NCBI GenBank assembly: GCA_964304625.1
Contig: OZ199838.1
Span: 2,904,471 to 2,968,470 of the forward strand
Reading direction: 5' to 3'
DNA length: 64,000 bases
Origin: Kudoa neothunni
Taxonomy: Eukaryota; Animalia; Cnidaria
The notes under the pieces are model-generated. The model was not told where the DNA came from. It saw only the letters and a list, made by a program, of their open reading frames with translations, and did not search any database. The stretch's first letter is position 1, and the number at the start of each line of letters is the position of its first letter. The position numbers and the translations under genes were made by a program. Shown one piece after another: positions 1 through 12,540 of this stretch.

Positions 1-782
1 TCTGAAAGAGTTTTATTATACCTTAAAAAAATATCGTTGGTGCCTATAGATAGGAATTCTACTAGGACAACTTCATTACGATTCGAGTGACGTATTGATC
101 TATATATTTTATCCAATATTTCTTAGTTATGTAAACGAATTCATAAGATTGGAACCTAGGTATTCGGAAATATTGTATATCGATGAATCGGGATTTTCCT
201 TATCAACCCGTCGTTCCCAAGGTAGATCCCTTTCTAGGACGAGAGCAAACTTAAAGGTCAAATACATCCGATCTCAAAACATATTAATAGCGGCGATGAG
301 TGACAAAAAAATTTGGAATTTTAAAATTCACAGGGGGCGTGAGCCAATCTGTGTTTTCGTCATCTCTAGAAGGTCTTTTTGCAAAATTGGAGGCGAATTC
401 TGTCGATAAAGCTATTTTGGTTATGGATAACGTAGCTTTCCATAAGACTGAGAGTGTTAGAAATTTGATAGAAAGCAGTCCTCACGAGCTCTTACTACTA
501 CCACCGTATTCACCCTTCCTTAACCCAATTGAAGAAGTTTTCGGGCAACTGAAATCAATTGTTAAAAGGATAGCACCAAAAACACATGATGAGCTGATTG
601 AATGTATGGAAAATAGTCCGACCAAAATAACCGAAACCAACTGTGAGAGCTATGTGAGTCATTCAAAATCTTACTTTTCAGCATCACTGCTTAAGAACCC
701 CATTAACAATTAATGCAAAAACTATTATTTAACTATAAAATTTGTTGGTTTACTATTTTTGCATCTTGATCGTGAAATACTG
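1..782 (+). mobile_element. Tc1/IS630-like DD34E transposon, 3' part, frameshifted transposase
   Basis: ORFs 95-409 and 300-713 carry YIDESGF, VMDNVAFH and LPPYSPFLNPIE (D-34-E spacing). Right TIR GCATCTTGATCGTGAAATACTG ends at 782, followed by TA. Confidence 0.9.
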
Positions 783-874
783 TATTGCTGTTGGATTTTT
801 AAACCACAAAATTCCCTCGAAACTAGAGTCAATCTTAAGCCCAGCTGGAAATCATATGCCAATGATTGTGGGTA

Positions 875-1150
875 CAGTAAAGTAAGTAACCTATTTCACG
901 CATTTTTTAAAACCCTATTTAGTTAAAATATTGATTGATTATTGTTTATATAATGTTTCTTCTAGTATTCCAGTCAACAATTTTTATAAAAATTATTCCA
1001 ATAAGTTGCTAAATAATGTAACAAAAAGTCACGTGACTGTTCAATTTCGCACACTTTTTTCGGGTATTTCTTGTTTATTATTTAGTTAAGTCAATATTGA
1101 ACGCATAAAAACCTATAACTAACTATTTGCGAAAAGTACAATATTGCTTA
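875..1150 (+). repeat. Left-end fragment of a pogo/Tc1-type dispersed repeat
   Basis: Starts TA|CAGTA. 882-990 resembles 55470-55590 and 1042-1150 resembles 5645-5756. Confidence 0.65.
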
Positions 1151-2202
1151 TTAAATTTATTTTCAGCATGTGATAACTGTTATATTTTATGAGTTTAAAT
1201 TATAACTTATAATCCGCATGCTCGAGTCGTCATATGTTCCATTTCCTTTAGAGATACAAATTAATCTGATAACAAATAATGGAAATTTTTTATATTATTT
1301 TGTATCCAATAAATGATTGATTGTTAATTTATCCAAATTTTCAAAAATATATATGATAATTACGCTAGATTATTGATGGACCTAGGGTGGATGCACCATT
1401 AAAAATTTCTTATTCTTCAAACTTTTCTAGGATTTACAAAAAGTTAAGTTATGTAAATATTAGCTAATATGTAAAATATGAATAATGTATATGCAGTAGT
1501 TTTAGAGGTATTCATTCCCTGAGATAGAGCCAATTCCTTGAAAAATCCAGATTTTTTCAAGAAATTAAGTATATTTATTGTATTATTTAAGCTATCTTGG
1601 TTTTCAAATTATTATCTAATTTATTTGTGATTATTTTTGATGCTCTAAATATAAATGATGACTAGAAGATAAATATTCATTAATTTCTTTATATTCATGT
1701 GAAAATATTTATCAGCGCTAATATGCACATATTTATGGAAACGAAACAGATTATTCCCTTTCTTTCAAAAATTTATCCATAAGCACTTGCAGAGTTGTTA
1801 TCTGGAATTGTTAAATATTTTTATGCTGAGGAATAACAATTTCTTGCCGTTTTCAGACTTATGTATGAGCTCTAAGTGTATATTTGTATTTGGAATATGT
1901 TTGCATGATGATTAAAACGTAATTTAATCCACTTATCTACCAAGAGCCATTTTTACTTTTTCTTATTATTTATGAGTTTTATGGTTAATATGTTATATTT
2001 ATTTATAATTGTTTTATTATTATCGAGTTTTGATAATAAAAAATCACTGATATGATAAAGTTAGCATTTTTGAACCTGTTGTAATGTATTTACGATCAAA
2101 AATGGCTATTGCGCATTCTTCGTCGTAGGTTATTTTATCATTTTTTAAAATCCAATTTTTTCTGATGTTTCTTTTATACAATAAGGCATACATTTGAATT
2201 TG

Positions 2203-4092
2203 CAGTCAAACCTCGATATTGCGAAGTAAATCGGGGATCCAATTTTACTACGCAACACAAAATTTGTACGCAATACCGATGCTCGCACACGCATGCGCAT
2301 TGAACGGGAATTGTATTTTTATGATTTCACCTATTTTTTTAAGCATAAAATCCAGAAATGAAAATGTAAGTTAATGGTTAAATGAGATTTCTTTTTATTT
2401 TTTGTGAAAAAAGTCCGTTATGGTAGTTTGGAATTCTCTTTTTTTAGTATTGAGATCAATCGGTCCATTACAGAGTGTAGGTCGAATAAACCTTCTGGTT
2501 CTTCCGCGATAAAAGTTTTCCTTAAAGTTTGTATTGCTTCTCTAATTTTCGTTGTAGGGACTTTTTTATAGCTTTGTCTGTTTCATCCTTTTCATTATCA
2601 GATTTATCGTCTATGTCGCTATTAATGACAATGACGGGTGGAGTTTGCTTCATCGTGAACTTTTTGGTTAATCTCAGAAGATGATACATCATCAAATGAG
2701 TCTAGTCGATTTAGAAAAATAATTTTTGATAAAATACCTTCATTAATGTTTTCATATTCTTGAATTTTTTGAATAGTTGTTGATGCTATTAAACATATAT
2801 TTATAATTTTAATAAAAAAACACTTGACTTTTTAAAACAATTAATAATAATTTCCTTCGAAACATTATTCCAAGCATTTTTTAACGTTTTTAAACAATCG
2901 AATAAATTATAGTTTTTTAATATTAATTCATTATCATCCAATACACTAATCGAATGGAGAATTTTTTTATAGTTGCTTTTTAATGAGTTAATTATTCCTA
3001 AATCGCAAGGCTGTAATATTGATGTAGTATTTTTCGGCAAAAATAAAAACTTAATATTTTCTAGACCGTCCGTCCATGTCTTTAGGGTGGGAGGGGCATT
3101 GGTCTAATAAGATTAAAACTTTTCTGTTCTCTTATTCAAACATATTGTTAAATTTTTTCATAATTTGAAAAAAGATAAAGGCGTTCATCCATGAGTTTTT
3201 CTGTGAAAAATATTCAATTGGTAGATGGGATATATTTTTAAAACAACGAGGCTTCTGATATTTACCAATTACAAATAATGGAAATTTTGAACCATATAAG
3301 GCCGCGGACACTTTAGATTCTCGGACATCTTGTTCTGCTTTTAATGTGTAAGTTCGCTTATTAATTTGTTGGTAAAAAAAGCGCAGTCTCATCAACATTA
3401 ATAATATTTTTATTCTCAAATTGCCAAGCATATATATTGAAGGAGAATCAGCACTAGATGCTTCCCCGTAGAGTCTTAAAGAACAAAGTCCAAATCTATT
3501 TTTAAAGCAAGCAAGCCAGCCATCCTCTACTTGGATTAAAATTGTCGATATTTTTTTCTTTAACGATTGACAATGCTTTTGCTATTATTGTTTCGCCAGA
3601 AATTTGTTTTTTATTATTTTTGGCATTTACGATCCAATTATAAACTTCGGTATCGACATCTTCATGTTTACCGCTAGAAAATCGCTTTCCCTTGTTAGAA
3701 ATATTGGAATCAATAATTTTTTATTCCACTGAGAGAATTCTATAGAGTTGAATATTGTTAACAAAAAGTATCGTTATTATTAATATAAAGGGAAAACATT
3801 TGAATACTTAGTCCGAATTTCATTACGGTCATTTTTTGAATTTTGAATTGATTCAGTTGAATTATGGTAACTAATAATTTTGTTGTTCTCATCAATATCT
3901 CGCTGCACTCTCGACATTGTCAATTATACTGCGCACTATCGAATAATATACGCTTTAGTCTATTTAAAAAATTTTTTCTTTACAATAATTTTATAATATT
4001 AACATTAATATACCTAATATATTTTCCAATTTGACCAAAGAAGAACAAATACAAGAGATATTAGGCTACTACGAAATATCGAAGCACAACTG
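2203..4092 (-). mobile_element. pogo/Tigger DNA transposon, degenerate; transposase starts at 3917 (MSRVQRDIDE)
   Basis: Imperfect TIRs CAGTCAAACCTCGATATTGCGAAGT / CAGTTGTGCTTCGATATTTCGTAGT. DDE_1 motifs IGKYQKPRCFKN, SWMN and PKNTTSILQPCDLGII. Several frameshifts; two small introns at 2786-2823 and 2702-2737. Confidence 0.9.
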
Positions 4093-4562
4093 TTATATTT
4101 TTACAAATACTAGAAAATACATATTACGTACTAAAATTCAATCCATCTACGGAGTTATTTGATCGATATTGCGCTCTAATTCCAATAGATATTAAATTTA
4201 ACATTTTCTTAAAATCCAAGTGTATTATTATTTATTATTATTATGGAATTTTTATTCTTACGAAATTAATGTTGACAACAATGCCTTTCTATTTTTTAAT
4301 TTATAAGAATTATTCAAGGTTAATTATTCTCCAATAAAATTACACTTTAAGTACATGATGCAAAACGAATATCATTTTTTAATTCCAAATGACCTCTAAT
4401 CCATTAATTTGCAATTATGAAGTCTCACTGAAAGTGGTTACTTAAATTTGAGGAAATAGAATTTTACACTATATTTTCCAGATATTTAATTATTTTTTCG
4501 GAAATCTAGAATATTGAATTTTATGACCAAATATATACTAAGCGTGCGCACACATATATTTG

Positions 4563-5357
4563 ATGTGCAACATGCTTGCTGACGGTGAGCCAGCTTATCT
4601 GAACTGGAATTATAAGAACCTTTTAACCAATGAAATTCTAATATTGTCTAAGCTGATATACAGAAATAAGAATCAATTGAGACGCTCAAAGGCATTAACT
4701 CGGTGTCAGCGGGTACTATTAATTGACTTTTCTTTTTTATTTTATTTTCAGATATTGGCGCATTGCAATAAATTTTTGGAAATACTCGACAGCAAAAATA
4801 ATAATAAAAATAAAAAGAAGTATTGATAAGCATGAATTTTATCATTTTTATATTACCTTATAGACAGTTAGTCCGGAGGACAACGCTTGTAAGCTGGTCT
4901 ATGCGTTGATTGCACCACATTTAACGTTTTTTAGATGGTACGAAATTGCGAAAAGACATTTTTGTATTTTAAATATTATATAATTGAATAATTTTTTGTA
5001 GAGTGATCGTCATGGAAGCAAAATTTGGTTTCTTTTTTAATCTTTTTTCTCTCCTAATGTCAATTATATCTCGTATCTGGTGTGTTTTGTTGTTTGAGTT
5101 ATTTTTTTTAATTTCATTATTGTAGGGCATTATTTTTCCATTACAGGTCTCTAGTTTGTGATCCACGTACTGGGAAGAAAACGCGTTTCCCCAATAAAAT
5201 ACGCGAAAATTCGTCATCTTCTCATTCAACACCTCGACGAAAATCATTTGGTGCCCTTTTCTATTGTAACAATTCAGTGAAAACTACAACCAACAAAAAG
5301 AAAATCCAATACAAAGTAATGTTCCTAAAAATCTACGGTGTTTATTTAATTGTTTGA
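4563..5357 (+). CDS. NEPRO: NEPRO/RMP64 (yeast Rmp1)-like RNase MRP subunit, at least 6 exons; 3' end uncertain (5357, or about 5487 with one more intron)
   Basis: GT-AG splicing (first intron 4713-4751) gives EILILSKLIYRNKNQLRRSK...NCEKTFLVIV...LMSIISRIWALF. This matches recalled Rmp1 HRNKNQHR and NEPRO CCKTFLLTV...GLVSRLWVL. Confidence 0.75.
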
Positions 5358-5633
5358 TTAGAATTGGCGAATTTTTTGCAGATTGAAATTTTTTTCGTTT
5401 TGTCATTTAAATTTTCTAAAAATAAACAACCCTACATTCCTCTGGAATTTGCGGCATGTGATTAACGGATTATGGTACATGTTTTAATTGTTCAGAAGCA
5501 ATATAGGACTCTGCTGTGTATATACGTTTTTGTGTCGGATTTTTGTTCAACTGAATATTTATGTAAATAGCGTAAAATTTATATTAAGTAAGGTTTCAAA
5601 TTAAAATAATGCGCAGCTAATATATTTCAGTTA

Positions 5634-7395
5634 TTGTAAGTAACCAATTTCACGCACTTTTTTCGGGTATTTCTTGTTTATTATTTAGTTAAGTCAATAT
5701 TTAATGAGAAAAACTCCTATAACCAACTATTGTTGAAAAGTACAATATTGCTTATTATTATGAAAGTTTTCGAGTTAATGACTCAAAATCTGACATTATA
5801 TCACGTTTTAAAATATCTATTATCTCGATTTCAAATGGCATCCTAAAGATGAAAAATAAAATAATCAAAACCTACAAATGTTTTTAGAATCTAAAAATAG
5901 AAATTATTTTCAAGCAAGAAAATTTAATTCTATTGATGAAGATGTATGAGTGGATTGGGTGGACATGAATCAAAAAGATTGTAGTAAGCGTCGTCATGAT
6001 AATTAGCAAGAGAAAAAAGTTTATCTTCATGTGCAATTGTGCAATTCGTGGAGGGTTTCGTTGTTTTAAAAAAGGTCAAACATTTGAAAAAATTGTTTAT
6101 TAATTAAATTGCTGATTCTACACCTGAAACTACTTCAGATTAAATCAATCAAATCAGAACATTTCTTAAAAGATACTCTGAAAATTGTAGTTACAATGTA
6201 GACGAAACTGCCTTATTCTACCGATAGCAACAAGGGGAATATTTCAGAGACCGTTGAAAAATATTTTAGCTTTGTTAATACATTTTCCGAGTTTAAGTTA
6301 TTTTTTAAAAATTGATATATAGTTAACTGGCCTTTTTGAACGCAACTTAATCATTATTAAATGCCAATTTTTTCTGGAATAATTGCGTACACAAGTGCAT
6401 GAAATTGGTCGTGAGTCACGTCCAATGGGACTATCGGAGAAAAACGAAGGTAGAACTCTTAAAAAATCCGAGGTCGTGAAGAAAACCCAATAATATTACA
6501 ATAATAAAATTTTTTATTTTAAACTCAGCCTCTAATTACTGTCGTCAATTGAATCGTCTTAATCATCTTCACAACCCTCAGTTAAGAAGCTTGATCTATT
6601 TTTCAAGCGCTCAAGGTATCGTTGGCTCCCAACGCCGCTACTCACATCATGTATTAGTTTATTTGTTGGATGCCACATCAAACACGTATAATTATTTCTT
6701 CTGATCAACTGTTTTGCGATAAGTTTACATTTTACAGTTTTAACCTTTAATGAGTTAGTTTGTTTAGTTTTTACTGTGTTTATTAATGAATTAATTCATT
6801 CAACATTTGCAGTAGCTGGAATTTCTGTCCATAGATATTGATCAAGCCAATCTTTAAAATCTTCTACCTTTAACCAATCTTGATTGGAGCACACATTATC
6901 CCATGCTCTTTTATGATCTCCGTTTGAAATTTCACACACTATAAAATAATATACGGAAATAACTTCAAAATATGTTATTAAAAAATGTTCATTTTAAGAC
7001 AGCAATGGAATATCCAAATACAATCACAGAATAATAAGAACAATTGATTGAATAACAATTATCCAGGGTTAGGAAAACGGCGCGTTACCGAGGGCATTGA
7101 TATTTTTTTAAAATTTCGAATGATTTTAATTCTCTCCATTACTAAAACAGTAAATATGATCATTCTATCTAATTCTAAAACTTATTCTTTATAAACTGAT
7201 CTCAAAGAATTAAAAAATCTGAAAGTTTTGTAAATAAACAAAAAAACACAAGATTTTGCTCAGAGTGGAAAAACCCCCATGAACTCAAGGTTAGTTTAAA
7301 AAATACCAATGTTTTCACGCCCTGGATTGGATGTGACCGATTTGACGCTCTTTTTACGGCTCCAGAGGGGATTAAGTGAACTTGGTTTCTTACTG
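5634..7395. mobile_element. Composite of decayed pogo/Tigger fragments
   Basis: Ends GTAAGTAACCAATTTCAC and (reverse complement) CAGTAAGAAACCAAGTTCAC with TA. YNVDETALFYR on + at about 6192-6224; RAWDNV...FKDWLDQ on - at about 6810-6915. Confidence 0.65.
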
Positions 7396-7437
7396 TATTT
7401 ACAATAGCATGTGCATCATTTTAAAGTTTTAGAAATA

Positions 7438-7466
7438 TGCTTTGCTTTGCTTTGCTTTGCTTTGCT
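7438..7466. repeat. (TTTGC)n microsatellite
   Basis: Five to six tandem TGCTT units seen directly. Confidence 0.9.
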
Positions 7467-7849
7467 GATGAGCAAATGATCAATTTATTTATAAATTTAA
7501 TCGTTTTTTCATCTTAGAAAAATTTTGATGGGTGATTTTTGATGTTAGAGCGTCTAATACACAGTCAACCATTCTGATATCACGGATGGACGTCACATGC
7601 TGATTAACAATTGTTATTTTTGATAAATAATAAAAAGAATTATTATTTAACTAAGATTTTTTCACAATAATACTATTAATACTAAATATTTATCGAAATT
7701 ATAAGAAAATAGATATTGTTCATAAAATTTGTATTTCATAACTTCTAAGCAGATGTATAATATATAATTGATAATATTTGTAATTATACAATAATAACTG
7801 AATATTTCACCTTAAGAGTATATAGTTTTGAAGTTAACCAAGAAAATAA

Positions 7850-10800
7850 CGAGAAAGTTGTCTCATATTGGTCCCTATTTCTGTATCATGTACTACGCAA
7901 ATTTTGACACATTTTACGATTTAACCTAATTGAAATAATCGAATGTGACGTATATTAATATTAGTTTGGAAATAAAATTTTAACATTTATACGTAGCTTT
8001 TAATCTATTAATCTCGGCTTTGCTTATTTTGCCCGGCGCACTTTTCTCACGAAATGGAGATTCTATCGTTACCATTTTATCCAAAAAATATCTTTTATGA
8101 ATATAGAGTATAAATTTAGCTTCATTAATTCAGGGATGTATCTGAATATAACTAATTTTTATCAATGAGATCAAAATGCAACCAAGGTGTAGTATAATTA
8201 TTCGGCCTATTCACTTCTTAAAATTCTTACATTAAGGTAAATAATTCTACAAAATGATATTTACGCCACTAGAATTTAATAAAACATTGATTTTTCTATT
8301 TTTTGATGTATAAATTTAATATATAAATAATTGGTATTGTGTAATTTCACATAAAATAATATTTGAATCCTATATGTCGACATTGTTGTTACATTATTAT
8401 CATCATAATACAAAATTTTGTTCAGCTAAAATCTGTAAATGTTTGTAATACACGTTTTGGTCTACCTTTCAACTTCATAACTGTCGTCAACATTATTCCT
8501 ATAATTTTGTGCATATCGCCACATGGATTAAATTTACATAACTATCAAAGATGGATATTGGCGGTAGAATCATTCATAATATTTAAGATTCCACGTCAGT
8601 TATTGATGATGTGTCATTAACTTGAATTGCTTCACGTATATCCACATTCTTCAGTAACTAAACACAAAATAAAAATTATACTAAACAATTATTACATTTT
8701 TAACCTGAACTTTCTTGATTGTTGCTAATAATGGGTTTAGACTTTAACTTGAACTAAATTAAGCTGATACATAAATAATGGAAAAAATGAGTTAACCTAT
8801 CCAAATAATCCTCTTGAAAATAAGCGAGATTAATTCATTCAAAATCTTCCTTAATAAATCTTGTTGGGTCTCCTTTTGTTCAGACCTTAGTGGTGTTATT
8901 TCATTACAAAGAATTTTGGCTCTAAATATTGCTTAAATGTAGGATACAGAACAGATCATTGATTCGAAATTTCTGTAATAGTTGGCCATGCATTACACAT
9001 ATGGTTCTGAATAGGCACAAGGCTATATGCATGGATAGTAATATCTCCCAGAATACTTGAGATATTAAAAATTTGATTTCATTAATATGTTAGTCTATAT
9101 TTTTTCTAAAAAATATAAATTTTTTAAAATTATTTTCAATGGAAAATTTGTGTATTAAAACCTGTATTTGTACAATATCTCTATGCAAAAATCATACTTT
9201 TCTGGATTTAATAATAGTATTTAATGCTTATTTAAATAATATCCTGCTAACCCAACTAATTCAAATTATCTACAAACTCGTACGTTACAGACCCTAATGG
9301 GGCTTGCATACCAGACTACTTTTCACGCTTAATTCCATTATCTAAAAATTATAGAAAAAACTGCGGCTGCCGAACTACCATTTATTTTTTGAATGCAACT
9401 ATAATTGTAGTTATTTTAATGATGTCCTCATTTTATGATCGTATGTTTGAAAACAATTTTCTTTATTTATTGAAATAATAGTTTTATTATGTTAAATTAG
9501 CGATATATTTTTATATCAGTAATAAATCAAAATTCTATTAAATAAAAATTTTAATTTAATCCCTATTAAACGTTTTTTTGGGGAGCCAAGTATAGACACT
9601 CTACTGACCTTCGGCCTTTCTATAATATTTATTTCTGATAGTTCCTCCAAAATAATATTAGATGCGTAGGGTGGCGGAAAAGTTGAGTATTGCTGTTAAA
9701 TCTGGTATCACAAAACTTTAAAAATTTGGTAATCATTACATTTTTTTCTTTCACTTCTCATAGATTTCAAGTTGAAGAAGAAGAATATGAAGAATCTTGC
9801 ATGGTTGAAAATTGTTTAACGACACCTTTGATTTTGCCATTTATTGATCCCAACCTATAATTTTTGCGGTTGTTATAATAATTTCCAGCAGAACTTAAGC
9901 CAATGATCCATTTATTTATGGTTAGGTTCTTATTTTTGTCAGAATAAATATTAAGATTGTAGATTCCGTACCCGTATAATTTATCAGTGATAAATTATCA
10001 CATAGGGAATCCAATTAATTTTTATAGCACTCTATATTCTTTTCTCTCAATTTATTCCACGCTTTCCTATTTAACTTTGCGTTGGAATATTTGACAGAAA
10101 TTAAACCTACATATCAAAAGGAAAGCAGATTCAAACGTCATCTTGGGTCACATTGTGAGGCATTGGTCTATATCTGTTATTATCGCTGATATCTTTGTTT
10201 TCCACCAAGGTACAACATCATTTAATTATTTTAACGACCATTTGTTAGAATCTTCTGATTCATCATACATGATACATGCAGTCGTTATATGGCTCAAGTC
10301 AAACAAATCTTGTGTAGCCGTTATGAAGAAGGATGCTCTAAAAATAAATATGGCTACATTTAGAATATTATGATTTAAGTGAAACTTGAGTTAAATAGTA
10401 CAATCTTCGAAAAAAGTACTCGTACTGATGCACATCATAAAATTCACCACATAGGTTCAACGAAACAAAATGGTTTTGCATATAAACATACGACGCGGAA
10501 TGGTATAGCCCTTGATTATATGATGCTATTGCGAACAAACAAGAACTGATATTTTATATACGACAACTATTAAAATTGTGAAACCATACGAGACATGTGG
10601 TCAACGAATTATGTACGTAATGTGCAACATGACAATAATCAATCTTATTGGAAAAAATAGCAATCAAATGACTAACATATGATGTATAAACATTAAACAT
10701 TATTATTAAATCAAGAAAAATACGATTTTGATCACTGGAACATGGTTAAAGTATGGTTTTAATAGACGAATTCTCGTTTAAGAATAATTTGGAGATAGTT

Positions 10801-11650
10801 ATAAAATTTTATAGGAAAAGCATAGAATAACATATTAACGAAGTCAAATTTTTAATATCTCACGTATTGTAGGAAATATTCCCATCCATGAAAATAGCTA
10901 CTTTTTGAATATGTGAATATGTATATCATTGGTCAGTTGAATAAAAGATAAGTAATAATTCTAGTGCCACCTCATATCACAAGATTTTTTGTCATATATA
11001 TCCATATTCATTTTCTTTATAGTACAGATAGTATGTCTGCATGACAACTTTATACATATGTAAATGCAACATGTGCAACTATTGGAATAAAATTCAATTT
11101 AATTATTTATTTCAACCTAAATAATATTGTATGCATACAACGTTAATGATATACCATATCTTATGTTAATGGCTGAGTTTAATTTTTCAACAGTTTGAGT
11201 TGTTAGCTCTGCTCTCTAACTGCTTATCTCTCCCACTCACTCCTAATGCCTGATAAATAAATCAGCAATTCACTGACAAAACTTCTACTGTTGAAAATTT
11301 TCTAAAATATCCGATCCAGTTAAAAAAGTACTTCCGCTTTGAGTACATAACTTATTCATTGATTCTTGAGCTTTTCAAAAGTTTGGGAATACATCGACGA
11401 ACTTTAGGTCTGGTAAAGTATCTTGAATACGTAGTGTTTGATCAGACTCCCCCTCCACAATGATTGAACTTGGTTCTATCAAGGCTACAGTTGCATTCTA
11501 AAAATCATTTTATTGTTAATGACACAATACTACATAGAAATGGCTGAATCGGGAAAATATACATTGATTTATCGAAAACTTAAACTATTTTGTATTGGTA
11601 CTTATACAAGAATTAAATATATCCTCGATGTATTTTGATGCCTGGCTGTT
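7850..11650 (-). pseudogene. Decayed multi-exon membrane-receptor gene, possibly class C GPCR (GABA-B-like)
   Basis: Exon-like pieces in plausible order: NATVALIEPSS (about 11480), ATQDLFDLSHITTACIMYDES (about 10300), VWYASP (about 9310), ILGDITIHAYSLVP...MCNAWP (about 9020), KNVDIREAIQVNDTSSI (about 8630). In-frame stops present; similarity is weak. Confidence 0.35.
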
Positions 11651-12540
11651 AACCAAAAAAAAAAAAAAAAAAAAAATAAATGAAACTAAATTCATTTTTC
11701 GTATCTATAAAGGATATTTTTTGGAAAAATGATAACAATTGAGTAATTATTATTATATGAGAAAAATCGCGTCTGACAAAATAAGCACTGCCATTAATTT
11801 TTCTGTTTTAGTGAATAAAACCACATTTTTTGGTATCCTTATTACATTATCTCACTTAAAACTTATTTATAATAAGCGATAGGCATGAAAAAAATACGAA
11901 AAGTATTAAAAAATATCTACTTTGGCATGATTAAACTTATTCAAATTTAAATTTGAACATGGCAAATGGCACGTTAAATAATATTCAGGTATTTTAGTAT
12001 TGACTATACTTAATTATTTCTGACCCTTAGAGCATAACGACAGGCTAGAAATAATTAAATATAGCAGATTCTAAAAAATTAAGTCTATGAACAGCTTGTA
12101 AATGGGAGTTACTAAGATTAAAAATTCCCAGCGCGCAAGCGTACATGTCGTTTAAGATTAAATTATAACTTGCCAATAGCCCTTGCCTTTGCGCAATTAC
12201 TGTTTTTATTATCATCAGATCCGATTATATCAATTTTCTGTTATGCTCTCTTTTTAGGTTAGGTGCTTAAAAATCATTGAATTATTAATAACTATTCTAC
12301 GGAATACACATTAAAATATGATAGAAATTATTGAGCACGTTTGAACTACTAATTTTACTAAGATTGATTATAATTGAATATCTAAATTATGTAAAAATGA
12401 CTATCTAGATAATAAAGAAATATATTTTTGGCTAATATTTTTTCATTAATATAAAGCAATCGGCATCTTAAGAAGTCACAGTAACAAAAAACATTCCTAA
12501 CTTAGTCATTGCGCAAGCGTAATCCATTTCTTATTTTAAA

